Shown here in pieces: positions 11,411 through 27,000 of a DNA stretch of 64,000 bases (position 1 is the first letter of the stretch; the number at the start of each line of letters is the position of its first letter). This DNA comes from Eledone cirrhosa. Its lineage: Eukaryota. The notes beneath the pieces are model-generated. The model made no database searches. It was not told the origin of the DNA and was given only the letters and a program-made list of their open reading frames with translations. Made by a program: the position numbers and the translations under genes. The stretch spans positions 10,292,001 through 10,356,000 of the forward strand of contig OZ024743.1 in the NCBI GenBank assembly GCA_964016885.1, read 5' to 3'.

Positions 11411-12562
11411 TTCAGTGTGAGAAAGTTTGTGTTCAATTAGAATACAAGTATAAATAAGATACATAAATATTTATAAAAATAATCAACAAATCTTCTCGGA
11501 TAAATGTGTATATTTATATACATATACTATACAATAGATATGCATTTATGCGAATAGATGTATTCAGTATAATATTCCATTAAATATCCATATGAATCAT
11601 CTAACATTACACACATCTTTACACTGATGCACTACCATAATATCTCAAATAGTTACATATAAAGATCTAATCAGCACACATTCTACCTTTTAGCCATTTA
11701 GAAATACAACATACTTACTGACAACATTGTGTAAACCGAATTATTGTGTTTTTCCTCACTTTTGTAAAAAGTAAACACAATTTTTAATGTTTCCTTTGTT
11801 TGAAATTATTGCATTATATTTATATTCTATATCTGGCTTGGCAAGATAAAAAGACAGGAATAAACCAAAGTAAGGTTATCAAGAAAAAAATATATAGCAT
11901 TTCTTTTATCACTGATGAATAGAAAGATAATTGAATTTTATTATTCTTTTATAGCCTCAGATATGTTTAGGTCTATATTAACTTGGAAAAATACTAATGA
12001 TCCTTAGTGCTTTACTTTACTGATTAAAGAATATATATTACTTAGTTCCACAAGTTTCTATTATTTATTGAGAGAATATATGTTATTTCATATAAAAGTT
12101 TATATATTCCTATGTATTTACTCACCTTATGGAAGTTTTACCAGTCTGTTTCAAGTTGGTCAGTATCCTCTAATAGATATGAATAAAAATGTGATGTTAA
12201 AATTATCATATTAACAATAACAAAAAGAACAAAGCACCATTGTAGCTTGTTTGGAAACATTGATAGACAGACATTTATGCACAACATCATTAAAGGCCTG
12301 GGTATTGTAAAAATGACCATCATTTAGTGATAAACTCTCAGACTCTTACTGTTGATGATGATAGATTAATAGTGATGATAGATTAATATTGTTTTTCTCC
12401 TAAGAATGCTATACTAAGATCTAGGACTTAAACACATGTAGGAAGGTTGTTAATGGATATTTGACTGTTCCATTGAGTAGAGCTAAAGCTATTTCATTTA
12501 GACTAAAAACCACAGATCTTGTTGCATATACCATGTTTAAAACGTAATATTATTAGCAATGT

Positions 12563-12800
12563 GTAGGCATATGGCCTAGTGGTTAGAGTGTTGGACAAAT
12601 GATCATAATGTCATGGGTTTAATTCCTGAGCAAAAACACATAATTTTACATTGCCCCAGTACACTCAGCTGAAAATGAGTTCCGGCTGTAGTTAGGAGTT
12701 AACTTTGTGATGGATTGTCCAGGGAGAGTATGCACTCTCAGTTGTTTGATGCTGTTGGAACTGAGATAAACACCAGCCTAATGAGCCTCCAGGCTTGAAG
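12563..12800 (+). mobile_element. Older copy of SINE family B
   Basis: TGGCCTAGTGGTTAGAGTG A-box; CACTCAGCTGAAAATGAGT and TGTCCAGGGAGAG...CTCTCAGTTGTTT...AATGAGCCTCC match 63-442. Confidence 0.6.
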
Positions 12801-13669
12801 CACATATACAGGCCTATGCAAAGCTGGCAATTGACTCAGACAAGATGTAAAATATTAACCATATTTTCAACTACACATTAAGTACTTTACAAATCAGTGC
12901 TAAATACACTTTATTTAAATATTCCCTACTAGTATATATGTGTATATGTAGTGTACTTACTCTACTAGCTGGTTACATATCAGAATAAAAGAACTATAAT
13001 TTGAGGTGAGTAAGCCACTTCAGAATCATAGGCCTATGTTATCTGGCTCACCTGTATTCCTTATGAGCTGATGTTCAACTAAAATTCTGGAACTATATTT
13101 ATTATGCTTGCTAGTAAATCTACAGAATATCAAAGCTAGTTTTATAGCAAAATTGTCTGGACAGTTAAATGTAAAGCTAGTCACTCACATAATCTAATCA
13201 TATACAATTTATATTTCAATAATTAGATTGTCAGCATCCTAGCATCCAATTGATCACCAGCTTTGCTTATTTCTATAAAGATAAAAGACATGTATTTGGA
13301 CCAACATTCCCTTTAATTCACCCTATCTTTTGAGTGGAACGTTTGATGCTTTAAGCAAAAACATTTTCAATTAAAAATTACTGTGTGGAAACATTTCAAA
13401 GCTACTGAGCAGCAACATTTTGATGTGTACATCGCTAATATTGGGACTATGTAGGCATGTTTCTATACAACTTAAAGATGGAATGTTGACTTGGACACAT
13501 GTCTATGAAAATAAATAACTGTATATGAAAGAGAATCATTAATAGCTGAAGTGTACAGTGTATAAATTAAAATATATTATGTATTCATAATTTGAAATTA
13601 GATCAGGAATTTTTAAATATGGGAAACAATTTTGTCAACCAAACAAAGTACAATCAAATATTCCTTTCT

Positions 13670-13870
13670 GGCAGAATCGGTAGAACGTCAAACAACATGC
13701 TTTGCAGTATTAAGTTACTACCCTGTACGTTCTGAGTTCAAATTCTGTGGAGGTTAACTTTACCTTTCATCCTTACAGGGTCGATAAAATAAAGTACCAG
13801 TAATGCACTGAATCAACTTTCCCTTTCCCTTCAAATTGCTGGCCTTGTGCCAAATGTAGAAACAATTATT
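13670..13870 (+). mobile_element. tRNA-derived SINE family M (Meta/Sauria-like central domain, ATT tail)
   Basis: GGCAGAATCGGTAGA...GAGTTCAAAT...CCTTTCATCCTTACAGGGTCGATAAAATAAAGTACCAG...GCTGGCCTTGTGCC...AAACAATTATT; homologous to 15228, 40705 and 60388. Confidence 0.75.
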
Positions 13871-14239
13871 TTATATAAAATATAACATTCATTCTTTATT
13901 TATTGGCAGAAGCGAAATAATGGAAGTGAAATAGCTTCAGTTAGGAGTTGGGAGTTGAGAAACTTTTTCTGGTCTTGTCATGCCATGGGCTTACTACTTG
14001 CTCTACAGAATTAGCTATAGACTTAATCACATTCTATTAATTATTATATTATCTATTAAATAAATTCTAAAAATATTATGGAATAAACTGATTATGCATA
14101 CTTCAGTTTTCTAGTCATGGGTTTTAGATTATTTAAAATTATTCCGACATAAATCATTTAACAATTATACTATTACCATTATCTAATATTAAAGAAAAAA
14201 TGTGTAGCTCATATGGAGCTTGCATTTTCTGGGAATTTG

Positions 14240-14420
14240 CCACTTCTCAGTTTGTGTCAAAGAACTTATATTCTATCAACTGTGGTGTTCCTTTGGGTTT
14301 ATGTGTCAACAATTTCATTTTTCTGTATATTAACATGACAACATACGCTCATGCAAATGACTCTTCAATTCTCACACAAGAGTTATCCACATGCAATCTA
14401 GACACATCACAGTAGATATA
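14240..14420 (+). pseudogene. Ancient LINE RT relic
   Basis: INCGVPLG...YIN...YAHANDSSI, a decayed GVPQG...YADD arrangement. Confidence 0.4.
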
Positions 14421-15227
14421 CATTGTTTTTGTTGAGAGAAGCATCACAATCATCCTCCAATATAGTAAGAACCACTTAGTCTAATTCAATAGCATGGACT
14501 CTACCAGTTTTGGCAATGATTGTTCTTGTGGTTCAGTCAATGGAATTACCAGTTCATTGTATTATAATATGTATCTAAGTATCCTACAGACACTTATATT
14601 CTTACCCTGTGACATGGTTGGCATAACCCATCCAATGGGCTTTCACAAAGTTTTTCACTACCCAATTTCATTCACAAAGCTTAAATTGACTTGTGGCTAT
14701 AGTAAATGGCCCTGAAGTGAAATGCCTTGTAGTGGAATTGACTCTTGAGATTTCACAATTGTGAAGCAATCTTCTTAAGCACTTTGCCATGTTGGTGCCC
14801 ATATTTCTATAACCCCATACAAATAAACACATCAACAGCAATCCACGTATAACACATGACTAAAACCTTCACTAATTTTATGAATGCTAAGCCTAACAAC
14901 TTCCAATGGTCTTTCATGGCAAGCAAGCAATACCATACAGCTTTTTCTTCAGGGTCAGAAAAAAATATCCCTAAAATATTGCTGATGCATTATAAAGCAT
15001 AAACGCAAAGATATTGAAGTACTGCTCACAAATCGTGGATGGAATTAGTTATACACATACATTTAACATCACATCAAAAACACTATGTCTCATTGTTTAG
15101 CAAGCCTTTCTCTAAAAGTACTATACATCTGTTATGTCTACAAATGCTCTTCCTTGATCTAAGTAACAAAACCTAAAACAAAAAACAATACAAGTTAGGT
15201 GTCTGTGTTCTTAAATTTTAGACAATA

Positions 15228-15440
15228 TTTGTTTCTGATTTAGGCACAAGGCCAACAATTTTGGGGGAGGGGAAAGTCGATAAATCAACCCTAGTGCATG
15301 ACTGATACTTTATTTCATCATCTCCGTAAGGATGAAAGGCAAAGCTAACCTCAGTGGGATTTGAACTCAGAACATAAACAGCCATAAGTCTGTGCCACAA
15401 AGCATGCTGTCCGACGTTCAACCAATACTGCCAATCAACA
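15228..15440 (-). mobile_element. SINE family M copy
   Basis: AGGCACAAGGCC...GGATGAAAGGCAAAG...GATTTGAACTCAGAAC on the plus strand. Confidence 0.75.
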
Positions 15441-15954
15441 CTCAACAGTATGGATTAAATGGTCATGTATCTTTTTTCTTTAAAATTCTCAGGTTTTATT
15501 AATTTAAATTGACTTCATACAATGTATTTATGCATAAATTACTCTTTCAAAAGAATGTCTGTGTATATGAAGTCTTTCATGATAAGATATCTATTAGAAA
15601 TTTAACTATATTATGGTCTCTTAATACCATGATTTGTTGGTAATACATGGCATTCTTGGTCATGTACATCACATCTGTCTTTCAGTAGCATGTCACCTTT
15701 TACTTTTTAAATATTGTAATGATATATTCATTATAATTACTATCACAATTAACTGTTATTCACATTTATTGTTGCTGTTGCGATTTGGCCCCAAGTCAAT
15801 TCTGATCAAGCAAACCGAGGATCAAAAATATTCCAGTTGTAAACCATCTTGTCTTTTCTCATCCAGAGTGACCTGTTATTATTTTTTTAAACAATAGTGT
15901 TATTTTGAGAGAAATGTTGTTGCTAACTCTGGTAGGTTGATCTTCTTCAGCCAG

Positions 15955-16400
15955 TTATTCCTGAGAGGGTCGTGGGGGCAGACTCCTCAAACACTCCCTC
16001 CAGCAGGTTCTGTCAGAAGCAACCATCTCCAACTGATCTGGCTGGATCTCCGAGCATGACCAGCCAAGCTCATGGATGTTATCCAACCATCCTGCTCGGG
16101 GTCTACCCCTGAGTCTCCTACCTGTTGGTTTCGCTCATAAAATCTGTCCAGCAATTCTTTCCTGAGACATTCTAACCACATGCCCATAGTAAGGGAGCTG
16201 TAATCTCTCAATTCAGAGAAGTAGCAGCTCTACCTGGAGTGACTCTTTGATCTCTGAGCTATGTACTTTATTCAGTAACGTTACTCCAAAGGCCCTTTGG
16301 AGGAATCCCATTTCAGCCACTTATATTCACGATCGTATTCTTTCAGTCATTACCAAAGATTCATGACCACAGGTAAGGGTTGGCACAAAAAACTGAATTG
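15955..16400 (-). pseudogene. 3' end of a second RTE-like LINE family
   Basis: Minus-strand remnant resembling R.RGRPRT.WLD; homologous to 51535-51772 (+). Confidence 0.6.
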
Positions 16401-16439
16401 AAGACAGTGATTAATTCATTTTCATTGTAGACATGGCAA

Positions 16440-16690
16440 TATGATATCATTTGAGCTAACAAGGAAGTTTCTATGAGGTCACTCAATCTGTCAGAAATTG
16501 CTGCTAAGTGTCTTTTAAATAACATTATACTGTCTTTTAACAAAAGATAATATATAACTACACTGAATAATGTTGCATTCGATATATAATACCCCCCCCC
16601 CCCCCCAAAGAAAAAACGGATGGTCATGCCTGGAATGCTCTTAATTATATGACTACTTAATCAGGAATGAAATGAGGTTAAAAGCAATAA
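16440..16690. repeat. Unclassified dispersed repeat (related pieces at about 15770-15940, 55010-55160, 55885-56030, 57300-57480)
   Basis: Shared motifs GATGGTCATGCCTGGAATG and CCTGCTAGAA.TAGCAG recur in either orientation. Confidence 0.5.
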
Positions 16691-17925
16691 TAAGCCATCC
16701 TTGTAAATATCAAAAATTTGTTCATTTTACTACCAAAGTAATATGTTATTATATCAGTTTATCTGTATTAGATGTGACTGGCTTGTTCTCTCCCAGTTTT
16801 ATTCGGAGTATAATATGTCAGCTAACATGATCGGTAGGAATAAAATATAAATAACAATTTTCTTAAAAAACTTTAATTTAATTCTAAAACTTGTTTTCAT
16901 AAAATTGAAAACATTAATATAAATTCCTTAATTCATTGGTTTTGATAGTAATCCGCTTATACACCATTAAAATATCACGCTTTTTACCACTTTCTTTCTC
17001 TCTGAAAGATTAGCACGGATTAAGTTTAGTTGCTCATAACCTCTATTCAATTATTATTTGCACAATAAACTTACTTCTAAAAGATTTTATTCTTTTCTTC
17101 CATAAAGTCTCAAACAGTTGGAAACAGTGTTCTATTCAAGAAATCCACAATGTACTATAATATAGAACATATTGCGATAACTGTCATATATTTTCTCTAT
17201 TTTATATAACACCTTTTGTATTGTATATTATGTTTATTTTTATAGAGTATGATAATGTGTGAATATCTTCCAATAGTGAAAAATAATTTAGCATAGAACT
17301 TGTATTTAATGACCTGTCTAATTCTTTAGAGTACTGACTTCTTGAATGAAAGGTTACACTTTCACAACCAAACATACTTAACTGACAATCACCTTCTTCA
17401 CTTAACTATTATTTATAATTTACTTGAATGAATGAAGCTCACTGCTGCTAAGACAAGAGTATTGAAATTCTATTGAATTCATTGTTCGCTTGCAATAACT
17501 TTCTTAACATTTCACATAGATTAGATGGAAAGGTAATAAATACAACCAGTGTCCAAAATATGCTAAAAATGGTACCTTGATAATACCAATCAGAATATAC
17601 TCTTCACAATGCTTTGTAAAATATACTACCAGTATTGTTTAAATGTCAGCATCAAATTTAAAAACTATCTTAGGGTGGGACCCGCAGCCATGTGCCACTA
17701 ACAAAAATCCACCTCACAGAACATAATCACATTGCGATACAACTTTTATGTTGACCTCAATCAGCTTTGTTGAGTGAAAATTACCCTGAAACAAATAAAG
17801 GAAGAAAAAGATCCAATAATTTTCAAATAGTACTTTGGGCGAATTTGTCCAAGAAATAACAGACGAACTAAGGATACTTGGATTAGTTTCAGCCAACAAC
17901 ATCTCTCTACATGAATGGGCTAGGA

Positions 17926-18190
17926 TGTCTTAAAATAGTAATATCAGTGAGTAAAATTATGTGATATCAAGGAGTCGAGTGAAGTGATATCGAACAATAG
18001 ATTAAAGTAATATCAATGAGTATTGTGAAGTGATATTAATGAGTAGAATGAAATAATGTCAAGCAGTAGACAGAAATAATCTGAAGGAGTAGAGTGAATT
18101 GATGTTACATAGTATATTAGAAGACTACAAGGCAGCAGATTTGAATAGTGCCAAGAGAAGTATTGAATAATGTCAACGAATGATATCCAA
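17926..18190. repeat. Degenerate 23-bp minisatellite, consensus about GAGTAGAGTGAAGTGATATCAAG
   Basis: Seven consecutive exact 23-nt units from 17949, followed by more decayed units. Confidence 0.75.
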
Positions 18191-19439
18191 TTCTAATTTG
18201 AATGCCATTGATTTCTTGAAACATTATTGAAAGCCAGCAAAATTCTCTAGCTCTTATATGGCAAGTATACTACATGAATAGCTATTATCCATGGTTGAGG
18301 CTCTAAATGACCAACAAACCACTCATGGCAATTTATTCAACCATGCTATTGACTGTATAGGCCTAATACAATAATAAGAAAAGCTAACCATAAATGAAAT
18401 AAACAACAACAGCATCAGCAACATCACCACTGCTACCATTATTACCACCAACAAGAACAGCAACACCATCACCATCTATAGCTATAACACAAGGGCTACA
18501 GATTTTCCATATATGATTGTAAGATATTGATATCAATAAAAGGTTCAACTAACCATGATAGGTGCACAATAGAATAAGACTTATCTACAATCTATTACAT
18601 TCATTGTGCATTCATCATTCTGAGAAAAGAATTGAAACTGATTATATTTTATGATTAAGATTTTTCAGATAAACATCTTCCTGAAACTGAATTCAACCAA
18701 ACAAATGCAATGATATATACTTTCACCATCTTTAATCTCCTCCTGTTCTCTATCACACCCATCTCCCTTTAAGTAACATAGTAAATAGGTTTGATAGAAT
18801 GCAGTGTGATTTAAAGGCTCACGAATTCAATACCTGTTTGAGCACATACATGTGCAATGGGCTTCATGACAAATAGACCCTCAACTATTCAAAATATTAT
18901 GTTTTAGAAAAAGATTAGATTAACTATTTGAACAAACTTCGCAGTAATATTAATAATAACTAATCAAAAATATTAGTTATTATCATCATTTAAAGTACAT
19001 CTTCTTTGCTAGCAAGGTTTGGATGGGTCTTCTTAGACAGTCAGTATTCAAGCAGAGCTACTGATCTTTCAGTTAGGCCTGAGTCCTCCATTTCCCTTAC
19101 ATACATTCATGCACTCTACCAAGTGCATTTTATCTTGGCACTAGGAAGATTGCAATGTCTTTGATACAGCTGAACAGTCATTCTGACACTTTGTTTGGGA
19201 GCTTTTCAACAGCTGGATGCCCTTCCTTTCACCAACCACTTTACAGTGCACACTGGCTGTGTTTCCATGTAGAACAGACACAAAAAAGGTTGTCATGCCT
19301 TTGACACAACAGAAGTGTTTTTCTGATCCTTTGCAAGGCAAGCTTTCTATGGCTGGATGTCCTTCCTATGACCAACCACTTTATAGGGAATAGGGATACA
19401 TTTATTGTGTAGATCTCCAACACTGGGAAGGTTTTCATG

Positions 19440-19466
<27 letters not shown>

Positions 19467-19470
<4 letters not shown>

Positions 19471-19695
19471 CACATAAGAAACTCTGCTTCGTAGAATCGA
19501 GACATATCTGAGGATCATTGCATCGATCATGCCACGAGCTGGTCGCCAGAGAAATGATTGTAATATGTCTAATAAATTTTATTCGTCGCACCACTGATAC
19601 TCCGTTTCTTATGTGATATTATACCCGGCTCTGTAAGAGCATCGAGTGCTCAAACGGCCTGCCTCTTACGGACGCTTTAAGCATCCCACAACAAT
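19467..19695 (+). ncRNA. ~230-bp structured orphan element containing a hammerhead-like motif (19500-19570)
   Basis: 8-bp stem AGACATAT/ATATGTCT around CTGAGGA...GAAA-TGATTG-TA; enclosed in a 16-bp perfect inverted repeat (19467-82/19604-19); further hairpin 19630-19672; flanked by (TA)n. Confidence 0.55.
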
Positions 19696-19726
<31 letters not shown>

Positions 19727-20790
19727 ATATATATATATATAAAACTTATTTTTTACATATTACTATATACATATCTATGAGAATATATATATATGTATAT
19801 GTATATAATTAATTGGAATTAACAAAAAAGATTTGTCAAGAGAATAATGCATTAGATTGTATTTTGGTATTAGAATTATATATATATGTGTGTAATTTTT
19901 GTACTGCAATGTTTTGAATGCTATATTCCAATCTTTATATATAACCAGTTATTGACTTGAAATATCCTTTATACGTGTTATGTTACTACCATGTTTGGGA
20001 CAGCACATTCAAATTTTTTAATTAAATATACTGACTGCAATATTTTTCTGATTCAAATTATCATGTCTAAATTTCTGAATACTAACATAAAAAATGAAAT
20101 TCATATATGTATATATATATATATATATATAATAGTTCAAGAAAAGACAAAACAAACACAGAGACGAAAAACAGTTTTATTAGTATCGGTTTTATTAGCT
20201 TAAGAGGAAGTAGAAGAGGGTTTCACATTTAAGAAAAAAGTTCTTCTTTAAGAAATCAAGAAGGAGAAAAAAATTTGGAACATCAGAGTTTGAGAAAAAT
20301 AATTAAGAAGGCTGGGGGTGGTTGGTGAGTAGTCAGGTGTCCCATGGTGTAATGTGTATGCTGATGAAGGCATTTGATAGGTGTGCATTATTACTTTTGT
20401 GTGTGTGTGTGGTTTGTGTATCGTTTATGGAAGGGCATGTGCGTGTGTCTTCATGTGAAATTTTTATGTAATTTTTTCTGTTTACGTGCATGTAAAGGTA
20501 TGCAAAAAGGTATGCAGATAAAAACATTATTTATATAGAATATTATTCAAAATATTGACCATTCTAATCCAGGTACTGCTGATAAAAGATTATTGGAATT
20601 GATGACTTTGCAAATCATTTCAGTTGGTATTTGGACGCAATCCCTTTCAATCACATTTTGCCAGATTCCACTCACAAAATTCAAATTTTCAGTCCATATG
20701 CCCTTCATTGTGAGCATGGACCAGTTCTGGAATGTATATATCAACTTTGCTTTTATCATCATACAAACTATCTACATATTTTGGAGATAC

Positions 20791-20791
20791 C

Positions 20792-20865
<74 letters not shown>

Positions 20866-20990
20866 CCTCTCTCTCATATATATATATATAATCATCATCA
20901 TCATCATAGTTTAATGTCCATTTTCCACACACAGAGACACACACACGATGATGATGATCATGATAATATATATATATACACACACACAGA
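20791..20990. repeat. (CT)n, (TA)n, (CAT)n microsatellite cluster
   Basis: Directly visible. Confidence 0.9.
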
Positions 20991-21785
20991 GTTTCAGTTC
21001 TCAATGTCCCATATTTCAACGGAAAAATAATTATTAGGAAGAAGTTTAATGCCCCCTAGGTCTCTCTATATCTGTTGCTTTACAAGAAAAGAAAAATATT
21101 CAGCTTGTTGGAAATATAATTAGTTGACAAATTCGAGACATGCAAGTACCAAAGTTAAAATGAATTCAGCTCATAAGTTACAGCATAGTGAGATGGTGAC
21201 TATAATATAGATATGTTTAAAAAAGTAAATATAAAACAAAAAAATGAAGCATATATTTTATAAAAGAATCTAGTTCTGAAAACCTCGCTTCAGATATTGG
21301 AAAGTACCGGAGATTAGGTGTTGGTAGCAGCCAAAAATAATTAATTCCTCTCATAAAAGTAGATTAAACGCAACCTATCTCATCAAAACGTTGACATACT
21401 GAAGACATTTTGCTATCATTTGTATGCTTCTGTTCCAGTTTTTAATATTTTTTAGTTAGTGTTATCAGATCTGGAATTGAATAACTTGTTCTTAGTCACC
21501 AGCATTCCTATCAAGGTTAGAAAGTGTACTTAGCAAGACGACTTACAAATTTAAACTATCAGCAGGAAATGAAGTAAACTATAGTTTCAAAGATAACAGG
21601 CATAGACATAATATATATATATATATACATATATATGTATATATATTTATGTATATATATTTATATGTATGTACAAATATGTATATATATTTTAATGTAT
21701 GTATATATATATGTATATATATATATGTATATATATATGTATGTATATATATATGTATATATATTTTTATGTATGTATATATATA

Positions 21786-23855
<2,070 letters not shown>

Positions 23856-24049
23856 ATATATATAGATTAACTACCCCATACCCGTCCCACCCGCCCCCAC
23901 TCGCCACCATTATTATCTGGACCAATCATAAGTCAGTGGCCTATGCTATCATTTCTCCTGGTTGCCTTTCGATATGATGGATGGACTAAGGAATTCTGGA
24001 GAGTCTGAAAAATCTTGTCACTCAGTGACAATGCTAAAGATAAAGACAA

Positions 24050-27000
24050 TTCACCCAATGCTGCCGGACGAAAAGGCAAGGACTCCTCCTTTTTGTTTCG
24101 GCCGCGGGTGGCTAATGGGCTGGGTGGGGTAGGAATCATGTTAGCAGAAAAATGGCTAGATAATATAATAGACGTAAATAGAGTGAACGACAGAATAATT
24201 AAAATAAGAAGAAGGGCATCCAGCTGTAGAAAACCCGCCAGACAGTCCTATGCGAGCAAGATAACCACTCTTGCCTCAAGTGGGGAAACTCCCGTCCAAA
24301 CCCATGCAAGCGTGGAACATGGACGTTAAACGATCATGATGATGATGATGATGATGAAGACTTGTCCTAAATAGAACTACTGTGACAGTAACATCTGCGT
24401 ATGCACCCCAATCCGGACTGCCTGGCGCTATAAAAGACAGATTCTATGAGACATTGATGCTCACTACTTCCCAAATAACCGACAGTGACTACATAATTAT
24501 TGCTGGCGACCTAAATGGTCACGTTGGACAACATTGTGACGGCTATGATGGAATCCATGGAGGCTATGGGTTTGGTACTAGAAATGAGGAAGCCTCCAGA
24601 ATCCTGGAATTCTGTGACGCAAATAACACTAACTTCAAAAAACGAGACAATCACTTGATCACCTATAGATCAGGGGAACACGCCAGTCAGATAGATTATA
24701 TCCTTACCAGAAGACGTGATAGAGTGTCTGTTGTAAACACTAAATCCCTCCCCCATGAAGAATGCACCTCCCAACATAGACTCATAGTCAGTGACCTCAT
24801 AGTCAGGACAAGACGTACTCGACAATAGAGGAGGACTATCCTCAGGAGGAAAATATGGAAGCTAAAGGACCCCACAGCCAGTAATAAATTTAAAAGCATA
24901 TTACTTGATGCTTTTTACAGTAAGAAAGAACAATTAGAGTCGTACAATATAGAGGAACAGTGGGATTTCCTGAAAGTTAACCTGCTGAAGGCAGCAGAGG
25001 AAGTCTGTGGCTGGAGTAGTCCTATAGGCAGGAGGAGAGTAATGTGGTGGTGGAACAGTAAGGTGGAGGAGTCAATTAAGGCCAAAAAGCAGGCTTGGAA
25101 AGTATGGCAGGAGGGGGGAAGTAGAGAAGATTTTCAAGTGGCCAGTGAGGAAGCTAGGAGACAAGTGTACTTCGCAAGATGGGAAGCAGAGGAAAGAAAG
25201 TTCAAGCATGTTCTACAACGCAAGGACCAAAAACGTGAGGGGTTCAGGATTGCTAGGCAATGTGTCAAGGAAAACCGTGATATTGTCGGGGAGAAGTGTG
25301 TCTTGAATGATGATGGTGTACTTGCCATCACTGACACTGATAAAAAGGTAGCTTGGAAGTGTCACTACGAAAGGCTACTAAATGAGGAGAATAAATGGGA
25401 GAAAGACAGTCTCCCCCACATCGATCCAATTGAGGGACCAGCAGTGCAAGTTGAAGGTAGTATAATAAGTAAGGCAATCAAAGATATGAAGACGAGTAAG
25501 GCGGCTGGGCCTTCGGAAATAGTTGCTGAAATGCTGAAAGCATCTGGAACGGTGGGACACACTATGGTCACCCGGATAGTAAACCAAGTTATACAGGGTG
25601 GGGTCGTTCCGAAGGACTAGTGTAGCAGCATCATCATTAAATGCTACAAGGGTAAAGGATATGCCCTAGATAGGGGTTACTATAGAGGCATTAAATTAAT
25701 CGACCAGGTCATGAAGGTCACAGAAAAAGTAATAGCGCAACTAATCAGAGAGCGAATTGATCTAGATGAAATGCAGTTCAGGTTTGTGTCAGGTAAAAGT
25801 ACAACAGACGCTCTTTTCATTGTACGAAACTACAGAAGTAGCTAGCTAAAAGTTAACCCCTATACTGAGCTTTTGTTGACTTGGAGAAAGCCTTTGACAA
25901 AGTCCCCCCGCTCCATTTTCTGGTGGGCTCTGAGAAAACTAGGCGTTGATGAATGGCTTGTGAGAGCTATACAAGCCATGTATAAAGAAACAGTCAGCAA
26001 GGTTAGAATTAACAACGAATATAGTGAAGAGTTTAGCGTAAAAGTTGGTGTTCATCAGGGCTCCGTTCTTAGCCCCCTACTATTTATTATTGCCCTTCAG
26101 GCTATAACAGAGGAGTTCAAGACCGGCTGCCCATGGGAACTCCTATACGCAGATGATCTAACGCTCATAGCTGAATCAGTGGCTGAACTAGAGAAGAAAT
26201 TCCAAACATGGAAGCATGGCCTAGAATCAAAAGGCCTTAAAATTAACCTGTCTAAGACTAAAGTTCTAGTTTGTAGGAAGTAAAATAAGGCACCAGTCCC
26301 ATCTGGGAAATGGCCATGCTCAGTGTGTAGGAAAGGAGTGGGCAGAAACTCCATTTTATGTCCAAAATGCAAAGTATGGGTGCATAAAAGATGTAGTAGG
26401 ATCACAGGTAAGCTAACTAAGAATATAGATTTTATATGTGGCCGGTGCTCAGGTGCAATAAGTAGCAGCAAGTGCCCACAGAATACTAGCTCATTCCATT
26501 GCACAGATGGTTCTATAGAAATAGTGGATACCTTCCGTTACCTGGGTGACAAAATCAGCAGTGGTGGAGGGTGCTCTGAAAGTACAGTAGCTAGAGTCAG
26601 AACGAGATGGAAAAAGTTCAGAGAGCTTATACCACTATTGGCCGCTAAAGGGTTCTCCCTAAAAATGAAAAGCAGGCTGTATGATGCCTGCATACAAACA
26701 GCAATGTTACATGGCAGTGAGACTTGGGCATTGTGTGCAGAGGATATATGCAGACTGGAGAGGAACGAAGCTTGTATGCTCCGCTGGATGTGTAATAGTA
26801 ATATACGTGAATGGCAAAGCATAAACAAACTAAGGGAGAAATTAGGAATAAGAGGGATCAGATGTTGTTTACTCGACAGAAGACTATGTTGGTACGGTCA
26901 CGTGATGTGCATGAAAGACGACAGCTGTATAAAAAGTGCAGGGCGATAAAAATAGATGGTAGCCATGGAGTAGGCAGACCCAGAAAAACCTGGGACGACT

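Noticed and set aside
17926-18190. CRISPR-like array
   Set aside because: Units are contiguous with no unique spacers, the context is eukaryotic and there are no cas genes.
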